The notes below the pieces were generated by a model. That model searched no databases and was not told where the DNA came from. It saw only the letters and a list, made by a program, of their open reading frames with translations. The position numbers and the translations under genes are program-made. From the sequence record SRR20825006_999: 64,000 nt of DNA; one strand, written 5' to 3'. The stretch's first letter is position 1. Every line of letters begins with the position of its first letter. This document shows positions 51,436 through 60,346 of the stretch, piece by piece.

Positions 51436-51981
51436 ATGATAAAATTTACTCTACTATTTTGCACTTTTGTAGCTATAAGTGTTGTAACACAAGCCCAAGT
51501 ATATAAAACGGATTTTGGTACTGCAGTATTTATTTCAAAAGTTCCTCTGCATAGTTTTGATGGTAAATCTAATTACCTGAACGGTGCAATCAATCTAAGT
51601 TCGAAAACTGTAGATTTTTATATCGACTTGGAAACTCTTGATACAGGAAATGGAAAAAGAGATAAAGACATGCGACTTACCCTTGAGACTAAAACATTTC
51701 CGTTTGCTGAATTTTATGGGAAATTGGTCTCCAACTTTGACTCCACATCTAACAAAGAACAACCAGTGAAAGTTGAAGGTTTTTTCAAAATTCATGGTAA
51801 AGAAAAAGAAGTTACTATTGAAGGAAGTCTGCAGAAGGTAGATAAGAACCTGGCTTTAAAAGCGAATTGGATTTTAAATTTAATCGATTACGATATTATT
51901 CCTCCAAGCCTCCTCATCCTAAAAGTTGATGAGGAACAAGAGATTAATATCTCTGCGATACTTACAAAACAATCAAATTGA
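51436..51981 (+). CDS. YceI family protein
   Basis: Signal peptide, LDTGNGKRDKDM, FP.A.F and IHG.EK. Confidence 0.88.
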   Translation: MIKFTLLFCTFVAISVVTQAQVYKTDFGTAVFISKVPLHSFDGKSNYLNGAINLSSKTVDFYIDLETLDTGNGKRDKDMRLTLETKTFPFAEFYGKLVSNFDSTSNKEQPVKVEGFFKIHGKEKEVTIEGSLQKVDKNLALKANWILNLIDYDIIPPSLLILKVDEEQEINISAILTKQSN

Positions 51982-51986
51982 CAAGT

Positions 51987-52850
51987 ATGAAATTATTGAC
52001 ACAAGCCAGTTTTATTGCATTCATTTTTCTCATCATCCCTCAATTTGCAAATGCACAGATGGAGCGAAAAAGGGCATTCTCGGATAGACCTATTAATGAT
52101 ATATTTCTAGGAACAAGATTAGCAGGGACAAGTACTGTTTCGATGATGGAAAAAGGTGATTTGAACTACATGATTATGCACAATTTTGGGGAGATCAGTT
52201 CAGGAATTGATAATTTTTATGGGATTGATAGTGGTGCTAATGTTAGAATGGCTTTTGATTATGGACTAACTGATAGATTGAATATTGGGATTGGACGCAC
52301 GAGTGTAGATGATAATGTAGATATAACAGCAAAAATTGCGTTGTTACAGCAGATGGAGTCAAATCGAATACCACTGAGTGTAGTTTTAAAAGGTAATATT
52401 GGCATTACAACTGAGAAGTCTTACGATATTTCGTTTACAGAACGCCTAAATTTTCTCACCTCAATGATGATAGCTCGAAAATTCTCAGATATGTTCAGTT
52501 TCCAAATTGCTCCTATGTTCTCTCACTTTAACACAGTATTCCCCATTTCTAATGAGAAACAATACAATACAAATTTTGGTCTTGGTTTGAATACTCGTTT
52601 TAAGATGAATGAAAGAAAATCACTTTCTTTTGAATATTTACCAATAATAGGGAATAAAAACTCAGGTGTTGAAAATCATCTTGCTGTAGCTTACGAAATT
52701 GAAACGGGGGGGCATATATTCCAAATCTTTTTAATGTCTGGAAGGATGTTTACAGAACAACATCTGTTAGCGAGAAATAAGGTGGGTTTCTTTAAAGGTG
52801 ACTTCAGGCTTGGTTTTAATATTAATCGAGTATTTGGACTTGGTAAATAA
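51987..52850 (+). CDS. DUF5777 family outer-membrane beta-barrel protein
   Basis: HNFG, FYGIDSGA, DYGLTD, GIGRT, IETGGHIFQ and GFNINRVF. Confidence 0.8.
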   Translation: MKLLTQASFIAFIFLIIPQFANAQMERKRAFSDRPINDIFLGTRLAGTSTVSMMEKGDLNYMIMHNFGEISSGIDNFYGIDSGANVRMAFDYGLTDRLNIGIGRTSVDDNVDITAKIALLQQMESNRIPLSVVLKGNIGITTEKSYDISFTERLNFLTSMMIARKFSDMFSFQIAPMFSHFNTVFPISNEKQYNTNFGLGLNTRFKMNERKSLSFEYLPIIGNKNSGVENHLAVAYEIETGGHIFQIFLMSGRMFTEQHLLARNKVGFFKGDFRLGFNINRVFGLGK

Positions 52851-52873
52851 AAAAAGGGAGCTTCCTCCCTTTT
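52849..52873. terminator. Bidirectional terminator
   Basis: AAAAGGGAG-CTTC-CTCCCTTTT between convergent genes. Confidence 0.8.
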
Positions 52874-52887
52874 CAGTCAAGCTTACT

Positions 52888-53229
52888 TTAAACAAGTAAT
52901 TTTAATTCTTGAGCTACCTTGCGATTGTACTGGAAGGTTAAATCTTTATAGTTTATTAAATCTACTATTATTCCAATAAAGCAAAGCCCAGCAGTTAATA
53001 TGTATAAAATTCCCATTCCTATTTGATTGAGGATGAAACGATGAACACCTGCAACACCAATAAAGCCAAGTAAACATAATAGCAGAATTGTTTGAGGATC
53101 TTTTCTCCTAGCTCTGTAAACATTCGCAAATTTAACACTTTGTTCGGGAGTAAGATCAGATAATAGCCTATCGAGATATAACGCTTCGTCCCCCTCTGCC
53201 TCTGGTATTAGATCAATAATTTTTGACAT
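52888..53229 (-). CDS. TM2 domain-containing protein
   Basis: LGFIGVAGVHRF...GILYILTAGLCFIGIIVDL. Confidence 0.88.
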   Translation of the reverse strand: MSKIIDLIPEAEGDEALYLDRLLSDLTPEQSVKFANVYRARRKDPQTILLLCLLGFIGVAGVHRFILNQIGMGILYILTAGLCFIGIIVDLINYKDLTFQYNRKVAQELKLLV

Positions 53230-53533
53230 CACTTTCTCCGTAGATATTATTATGTGTTTTATTTTTAAAAAGATTTATCCAAATACTGATAATCCGAAAA
53301 CTCAAAATCAGTACGGTTAATATCCCTAAAAGATTCGAATTTATGGAATGTTTAAATTCTCCTCTAAAAAGAAATGCAATAGAATGACCTAAACCATTTC
53401 CGGGGCAAAAAGTTATTCCCGCACGTTCAAGTAAACAAAAAGTTTCACCTGTTTCATATGGGTTCATTGTCGCCATTAGGATTAATCCTATTAGGAAGAC
53501 TACCCATTCTATATGTGGCTTTAATTTTTTCAC
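53213..53533 (-). CDS. DUF2752 domain membrane protein
   Basis: FCLL...G..FCPGNGLGHS matches the CPGCG-type pattern; adjacent to a TM2 gene. Confidence 0.75.
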   Translation of the reverse strand: MKKLKPHIEWVVFLIGLILMATMNPYETGETFCLLERAGITFCPGNGLGHSIAFLFRGEFKHSINSNLLGILTVLILSFRIISIWINLFKNKTHNNIYGESDVKNY

Positions 53534-53565
53534 ACAAATAATTACGAAGCTAATTTCATAATGTT

Positions 53566-56500
53566 CTACTTTATAAAATTTTTCTTTCTAAAGTAGTGTG
53601 ATATTGTAAAGAACAAACTATTAGACCTATAGAGCTTGCTGGTGGAAAAATCTGTGCCAACCTTAAACTGCCAATAGTTAGTAAATTTGTGCTCTAATGT
53701 CGCCCTTCCGGTAAAGAAAACACCATCTTTTTGTTCATGCTTTCCCATAACTTCAACGTCAATCAGGGTCTTGTATTCATAATCATTTGGTTTTCTAAAC
53801 CTGAAATCCAGCCCTACACCTTGAACAAATAGGTTATCAGGCGTATAGAAAGGAGTTCCTGATGTGAAAGTCTTAGAAGCGTCAGCAAATGCAAGTTCTG
53901 TAATCAATCTACCCCTATAGGTTTTATTCCAAGGTTGTAAATAAGCTCTTCCAACACCATCATACTCAAACACATTATTGGTGTAATATTTTGCTGAACC
54001 AGAAACTGAAGTAACTATCAAATCTCCAAACCAGAAGTCTTCACGATATATTTCAGCTTGAGCTTTATAAATATCTTGGGAAAGCGAGTTCTGCGTTAAT
54101 ACTGGAGCAAGTGTCAATTTACCAATAGTGAAGGTAGAGTCTATGTTATACGATAGTGAGGTAAAAACTTCGCCAATAATTTTAGAATCACCAAAAAATG
54201 TGGATGCACCTGCTTGGAAACCCCATATATAATCCGATGATCGATTATCAAATAAATAACCTAAACCATAAAAATTTGAGCTTCTAGTAGTGTCTCTATT
54301 TGTTGTTGCAGTAAATAAATCTTCGGCTGTAATTGTATGTGTTATATTTCGTCTGTTCCCAAGTTCTACTGAAATACCGCCACGGCCTGAAGAGTTATTA
54401 AAGTTGTCGGTTTGATAATCTCCAAATACGGACACTTTAGGCCCTTCCGTCCAACGATAATCAGAGTATAATCTATTAATTTCGTTAGCTGAGAAAAATG
54501 CGGGGTATTTTGAATAAAATTTCTTTCGATCTGGCAAAGTTTTAAACTGAATATCTTCACTAATTAGAGTATCCGATGAAGTATTATATGCACGACTATT
54601 AACGAAAAGCGGGTATAGAATTTCATAAGCTTGTTCCTGTCTACCTTCATAAAATAAGGTATTCCCAGAAAATATTCTTAGACTATCATAACTTGGTCTT
54701 TCTTCTAAACTCAACTTTGATTGAGTATAAAATTTATCGAAATTTCGAGTTTGGGCAATCCATTCCAATTTTGTGAGAGGGCTAAATCCCACAGCAAAAC
54801 CCGCCCAATACAAAGCTTTTGTATAATTTAGCTGCTCATAACCATATAAATTAGCAAGTATATTAGCAAATTGAACTAATTGAGGATGACTGCTAGATGG
54901 GAAATTATCAACAAGAGCTAATGTACTGTCTGCGCTTTCGTAATAGAACGATCTTTGTAAAGTAAAGGCATAAAGACTGTCGGAGTTTGGTTTGGACTTA
55001 ATTAAAGCTAATAACCCTTTTTTCTGAACAGGCCAATTTTCTTGATTTTCAATGCTGGATAAATAGTTTATCGCAAGGTTCGCGTTGCTAGGCTCTAATT
55101 CCAGTTCTCTTTCTAACCATCTAGATTCAAAAGCTTCACTGTAAAGCCCTAAAGCTACTACAAACTTATTTTTTAATTCTATCACTTGCATATTGTGATA
55201 TTTATCCCACAAATCTTCTAGGTAATCCTCTGCCCTTTTAAATTCCGATTCCCAACCATAGAACATGATAAGTCTGTTAATATCATTTCTAGTCCAAACA
55301 GGGTTTCTATATAGTCTTGTTTCAAGAATCTGTAAAGCACGTAATACTTGTTGAAATTCTACGCTTAAGGCAATGAGTTGCTCTTGTGCAACTAAACTAT
55401 TCGGACTTCTCTCGTATCGCCATATTGCATCTCTTAATCTATTATCTGGGGTGTTAGCATCATCAGTATTGAACTCATCATCAGCATCTAAATTATAATT
55501 AGAAAATTCAGCTAATACTTTATTTTCCAATGCTTTTTTGAACTGCGGGTCGAAATAAAGTCTGTTATCTAGGTTAGGGAAGTTCAGAGTATCTTTAGAG
55601 GAGTAAAACTGATACAGATAACCATCCCAAATTTTTGTGAATGCAAAGCCATCTACTTCTTCATTCATAAACTCTTCTACATCGGCACGCCTAGTGCTTG
55701 GCACATACATAAACCAATGATTTTCTGTACTCAGGTTTGACTTTACAGTATAATTCGAAGGGTACCTAGTTGTTAACAGATACGAATTTCCTTGCTCCTT
55801 GTATGACGCTTCTTTCTTACGCCAGTCTTGCGCTACCCTAGCTCCGCGTTCTGCTGTAACCATCCGTATAAAAGGGTATGATTTTCTTGTGTACTGTACT
55901 CTATCTTTAAACACATGATATAAACCATAGCCATGTTCTTTACTACCTTTCCAGCCTAATCCCAATGGGTTACGACTTTCAAATTCATCTTCTTTTCTTT
56001 GTGAAACCTGGAACACATCATCTGGGTGAATAAAATGAGTCCAGATTCCTGTAAGTAGTTGAAGACTGTGTTGATCAAATAATGAGTTATCTCCCATAGT
56101 GTACCCACTTGTTATTCGTGGATAATCAAAAATCTTAGAGTTGTATGGTTCATTACCGAATTCCCGCTCACCACCATCTTCTTTATAACCCAAATACAAT
56201 GAACTTAGAACTTTTATAGACGGCATTCCGCGTGTAATTGCTTGTACACCTACTGAGTCGATGTAATTAGTTGGTGGTACATAAGTTCTAGGCAGGTCTC
56301 CTAAACGGTCAATTCTCCATCTTTTACGAGAAGATTGCAAAGAGGCGGCCATAAAGTTCATATTATCCCAATCAGCTAACCAAAGCGAAAAGTGATTGTA
56401 GCCATGAAAAGCTAATTCATGTCTCGATTCAGCAACATCTTTTGCAAGATAAATACTTGCCTCAACATCTTTACCTTCTATTGAAATACGGCTAGACTGC

Positions 56501-57453
56501 CACTCTTCAAAATCGAAAGGTGGAGTAATATTAGCATTATAGTTGAATGCTGTCATTGCAGAGTAGTCAATGTTAAATGTATCAGCGAAAGCCTTAGTAT
56601 CTGGCCACCAGATTTTAGAAACAAATGTTGCTTGGTCTACTCCATATTCGCTAGCAATAGGTTCTATTTTCTCATTATATAATGGAGATGGAAAATCATC
56701 CAAAAATATTGTACCAACGTTTGCAACACTATATGGAATTCCACCTAAACCTTTAAGAATAGTAGAAAAAAGGACACCTCTATAATCTTTCTGGACAGGC
56801 GTATTACTATTAATTGTAATTACCTCGCCTAACCCTATCTTATTTCCTATTATTACAGGAAAGGTTGTATCATTTTTAGCAGATGCATAAACAATTATAT
56901 CATCCTTGAATTGAGACCTCGCGAAACCATCATGTGTTATACTAAAATCGGTTCCATAATCACGACCTTGGAAATTAGAAAATAAGTTTCTATCAAAATG
57001 AAAGCCTTTAGTATTTTTCTGTATCAAAAAATCTGATTGTGGCTTAATTCCTTGTAAAAAGGAGAAATTATCATAACTAAGTGGCGATGTAAATAGTAAG
57101 CTTCCACCATTAACTACAAAACGAATTATCTTTTCGTTATCTGAATCGGAAATTTCATTTATTAAATAAGATGTATTTATTATTAAACGAATGCTTTTAG
57201 GAATCTCTACACCCTCAGAAATAAGGCCTAAATCTAAAGTTTTGTACGGAACTTTAGTATAGTCTAAAGCTCGCGTTACTTGTAAAGATATTTCTTCCCC
57301 AACTTCATCTTTTCTATTTTTTATAATTAGAACTACAGGGTCAGACTTAACAAATTGAATGTCAGGAGTAAATAAACTTCCATCTTGACAAGAGATTAAG
57401 CTTGCAACTACCAAAACAGGAATTATAATTCTATTTAAATATCGTAGAAGCAC
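53566..57453 (-). CDS. DUF2194-type polysaccharide deacetylase fused to a TPR-like region and a C-terminal beta-barrel
   Basis: Lipobox LISC; FLDDFPSP, ELAFHGYNH, YVPPTN and THFIHPDD; helical middle; amphipathic beta-strands in the last about 290 aa. Confidence 0.7.
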   Translation of the reverse strand: MLLRYLNRIIIPVLVVASLISCQDGSLFTPDIQFVKSDPVVLIIKNRKDEVGEEISLQVTRALDYTKVPYKTLDLGLISEGVEIPKSIRLIINTSYLINEISDSDNEKIIRFVVNGGSLLFTSPLSYDNFSFLQGIKPQSDFLIQKNTKGFHFDRNLFSNFQGRDYGTDFSITHDGFARSQFKDDIIVYASAKNDTTFPVIIGNKIGLGEVITINSNTPVQKDYRGVLFSTILKGLGGIPYSVANVGTIFLDDFPSPLYNEKIEPIASEYGVDQATFVSKIWWPDTKAFADTFNIDYSAMTAFNYNANITPPFDFEEWQSSRISIEGKDVEASIYLAKDVAESRHELAFHGYNHFSLWLADWDNMNFMAASLQSSRKRWRIDRLGDLPRTYVPPTNYIDSVGVQAITRGMPSIKVLSSLYLGYKEDGGEREFGNEPYNSKIFDYPRITSGYTMGDNSLFDQHSLQLLTGIWTHFIHPDDVFQVSQRKEDEFESRNPLGLGWKGSKEHGYGLYHVFKDRVQYTRKSYPFIRMVTAERGARVAQDWRKKEASYKEQGNSYLLTTRYPSNYTVKSNLSTENHWFMYVPSTRRADVEEFMNEEVDGFAFTKIWDGYLYQFYSSKDTLNFPNLDNRLYFDPQFKKALENKVLAEFSNYNLDADDEFNTDDANTPDNRLRDAIWRYERSPNSLVAQEQLIALSVEFQQVLRALQILETRLYRNPVWTRNDINRLIMFYGWESEFKRAEDYLEDLWDKYHNMQVIELKNKFVVALGLYSEAFESRWLERELELEPSNANLAINYLSSIENQENWPVQKKGLLALIKSKPNSDSLYAFTLQRSFYYESADSTLALVDNFPSSSHPQLVQFANILANLYGYEQLNYTKALYWAGFAVGFSPLTKLEWIAQTRNFDKFYTQSKLSLEERPSYDSLRIFSGNTLFYEGRQEQAYEILYPLFVNSRAYNTSSDTLISEDIQFKTLPDRKKFYSKYPAFFSANEINRLYSDYRWTEGPKVSVFGDYQTDNFNNSSGRGGISVELGNRRNITHTITAEDLFTATTNRDTTRSSNFYGLGYLFDNRSSDYIWGFQAGASTFFGDSKIIGEVFTSLSYNIDSTFTIGKLTLAPVLTQNSLSQDIYKAQAEIYREDFWFGDLIVTSVSGSAKYYTNNVFEYDGVGRAYLQPWNKTYRGRLITELAFADASKTFTSGTPFYTPDNLFVQGVGLDFRFRKPNDYEYKTLIDVEVMGKHEQKDGVFFTGRATLEHKFTNYWQFKVGTDFSTSKLYRSNSLFFTISHYFRKKNFIK

Positions 57454-59488
57454 GACTCTCCTTTTTCGGATAGATATTTAAAAGTACATCTCCTAGTTTA
57501 GATTCATTCTCACGGTTAGTTATCTCATAAATTACAGCGTCTTCAGACTCAAAATATATACTCAATTTTCTATTCTCTAAAGTAGAAAACGTTGCAATCC
57601 ATTGCTCTAAATCTCGCATAACTATTGGGGCATCATACAGTATACCTTGTTGAATTGATCCGTAAGGAGCTTTTTCAAGAAATAGAAAGATACTAGCTGG
57701 TGGAACCGCTTCAACTTTTCTCAATTCTAAAGGCACTGTTAAATATTTCTGATACAACGAGTCAATCTCTCCATAACTTCTAAGAAAGTAATCATAATTC
57801 ATAAAATAGTGCCTGTTTCTTGATAATGCTCTATCTATCTCGGGACCAACAGTGGCATAAGAATATGCTAATCGTTCGTTTATTATTTTATAATAGGCAT
57901 CAAAAAAACCATTAGGAAGAGTTTTAGGAAGAGATTTATTAGTGTTAATACCACCTGTAACTGTAATTACAGTAGCGAAAAATGAAACTACTAAAAACAT
58001 CTGAATGGCTTCTGGAAACCTTTTCTTAAGCCTCAAGACGAAAGACATAAAACGAACTCCTGAATGGAAGACTAACCCCGCCATAATTGAGATTAGCAAG
58101 CTATAAAGTATAGTTAGCTGATCAGGGTCTACTATTAGTGAATCAGTTTGGAAATAAGGTGTAAACAAAAAAGAAACGCCTATAAAGAAAATAGAAAAAA
58201 TGATATCGTCGCCAACTTTCTTCTGCTTTGTTACTTTAAAATGAATTAAAAAAGCTAGCAAGAGGACAAGTGCTAAACCTAGATATACAATACTTAAAAT
58301 ATCTAGATCCATAATCAAGTTAGGGTAATAGCTAAAAACTAAAGTACTAAATAACTGTAATTCGAAAAATTGAATGACATCAATACCATTCAATAATAAA
58401 TAAAAAATATAGGGAGCAAGCGTACTTACAAGAACCACAAAAAGATAGAAGCTAACTTTAGATAAAGAACTAAAATATCTGCGCTTTGGTAAAAATAATA
58501 GGCCTAATACGAGCAATGGATAAAGTATAATAAGTAATACGAATAAGTTTATTAACCCAGTAGCTATAATCCCAATAGTAACATAAGACCAAGGTGCTTT
58601 TTCAATGGAGCGCAAATTTCTTAAGAACAACACCGCTGTAGGTAAAGCAAAACATATTGCTAACGACAATGAGCTCGTAGCTCCTTCAATATCTAGAGAA
58701 ACTGGCAATACAAGCGTTGGTATCAATGCATAAACACTCATTCCAAAAAGTGCCGCAATAGGATTTTTGCCTCGAGTTAAATCTCTAATCATCCAAAAGA
58801 TGAGCATTGCCAGAAAAAATGATATTAGACTACCCAATATCTTTAATATCATTTCGGGACTTACTTGTGTTAATGTGCTAAAAACCTGGACTAAAGAATG
58901 CATTCCCTTTGGATTTGGTATATCTCCAAAATAGTTTTGTAGAGGAATATTTTTAATAGAATTTAACTCGAAATACCAACTTCTGCTGTAAGGTGCAGAA
59001 TTTTTAAATACTGGGATCAAACGAATTATTGCAGCAGTTATCCCTATAAATACTGCGGTAATAGTAAACTTATTGTCTAGAATTGAAAATTTTGGAAGCT
59101 CGGAAACTCGATCTCTTATTGTTTTCTTTTTCTTTGTAGTTAAAGTTTCAATGAACTCAACATGAATTTTTAGAACTCTATTCTCTATTACTCTAACTAC
59201 TGAGCTAAGTTTTACTCCATTTCTAACCTCTTTATATATATATGCAAGAATTGGAAAAAGTAATAGACAAGCCAAAAGACTTATGAAATCGTATAAGTGA
59301 AGATTCGCGAGTACCATAACATCGATAAGAATCAACCCTCCTACAGCTACAAAAGTATATATAAGTTTATCAATACCTCGTAAAGTTCTAGCGTGAGGTA
59401 GGAATTTAGGGCCGACCCACCCAAATAATACGACGAAGCAAAGTATAACTCGAAAAACAGAGAATAAAACTAGTAACGAATATGGCAT
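57431..59488 (-). CDS. Polytopic membrane protein, possible GT-C-fold glycosyl/modifier transferase
   Basis: About 13-15 hydrophobic segments, a periplasmic loop with PKGMH and a soluble C-terminal domain; lies in the EPS operon. Confidence 0.5.
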   Translation of the reverse strand: MPYSLLVLFSVFRVILCFVVLFGWVGPKFLPHARTLRGIDKLIYTFVAVGGLILIDVMVLANLHLYDFISLLACLLLFPILAYIYKEVRNGVKLSSVVRVIENRVLKIHVEFIETLTTKKKKTIRDRVSELPKFSILDNKFTITAVFIGITAAIIRLIPVFKNSAPYSRSWYFELNSIKNIPLQNYFGDIPNPKGMHSLVQVFSTLTQVSPEMILKILGSLISFFLAMLIFWMIRDLTRGKNPIAALFGMSVYALIPTLVLPVSLDIEGATSSLSLAICFALPTAVLFLRNLRSIEKAPWSYVTIGIIATGLINLFVLLIILYPLLVLGLLFLPKRRYFSSLSKVSFYLFVVLVSTLAPYIFYLLLNGIDVIQFFELQLFSTLVFSYYPNLIMDLDILSIVYLGLALVLLLAFLIHFKVTKQKKVGDDIIFSIFFIGVSFLFTPYFQTDSLIVDPDQLTILYSLLISIMAGLVFHSGVRFMSFVLRLKKRFPEAIQMFLVVSFFATVITVTGGINTNKSLPKTLPNGFFDAYYKIINERLAYSYATVGPEIDRALSRNRHYFMNYDYFLRSYGEIDSLYQKYLTVPLELRKVEAVPPASIFLFLEKAPYGSIQQGILYDAPIVMRDLEQWIATFSTLENRKLSIYFESEDAVIYEITNRENESKLGDVLLNIYPKKESRASTIFK

Positions 59489-59491
59489 ACG

Positions 59492-60346
59492 TTATTGTTC
59501 TTTCAAGTTAGTAATTATTGTTGGATTAGCTGGAAGCGTATTCAAAGATATATTGCTAATAAAATACGGAAAACCTTCAGGCCGCAGTCGATTTGAAGCT
59601 GCTAAAATTGTTTCTGGTGTTATAGCAAAATCAATAATTAAAAAAGGTAACCCACTCTGCTTTGAATGAGTTCTAATGAGGGCCAATCTATCTTCATACT
59701 CGTCATCAGTAACTATTTTATATTCTTTGGTATCAAAATTATACATAGTGGCTACATCTTCTATAGCAACTGCATCTACAATATCTTTTGTTTCTTCAAG
59801 AAGGAATAACCCAGCGTTCTGAATAATCACGATATTAGGATATCGTTCTCTAATTCCTCTAATTAGTTCGAGCATATACGGTGCCAAGTGATTCCTACTT
59901 GTATAGGGAGATACGGCATCAACAGTATCCAAGAACAGTCCATCTACGCCTTTTTCTATAATTCGGGGAATTACTTTATCCAGAATCAATTTACGAGTTT
60001 CAGGATCTTCTAAATCCAAAAAGGGACTATCCCAGTTCTCATTAATTCCTAGAAAACCAATCTCTTCTAAATCTGGATAATACCACCTGTACTTATCTAC
60101 TTCGCCAAGTGTAACGTATGCAATAACAGACGGACCTTGCTGCTTGAATTTGTGTATATCGGCTGGTGTATAGAAATCAGGCTCGATAATAATCATATTA
60201 TACTTAGCTACTTCCGAAGGGTCTACCCTTGCATAACTAATACCAAATGGTGCAATACTTTTTTTATTTATAGTATGTAACTCCGTTGTTTTGCACTGCA
60301 CAATAAACCCAATAAAGATATATAGAAAAAGTTTTTTTAATATCAT
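59492..60346 (-). CDS. Endo-alpha-1,4-polygalactosaminidase (PelA hydrolase/GH114-GH166-like), probable lipoprotein
   Basis: IIIEP, IAYVTLGE, NENW, GVDGLFLDTVD, IIQNAG and VAIED; Cys after the hydrophobic N-terminus. Confidence 0.85.
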   Translation of the reverse strand: MILKKLFLYIFIGFIVQCKTTELHTINKKSIAPFGISYARVDPSEVAKYNMIIIEPDFYTPADIHKFKQQGPSVIAYVTLGEVDKYRWYYPDLEEIGFLGINENWDSPFLDLEDPETRKLILDKVIPRIIEKGVDGLFLDTVDAVSPYTSRNHLAPYMLELIRGIRERYPNIVIIQNAGLFLLEETKDIVDAVAIEDVATMYNFDTKEYKIVTDDEYEDRLALIRTHSKQSGLPFLIIDFAITPETILAASNRLRPEGFPYFISNISLNTLPANPTIITNLKEQ

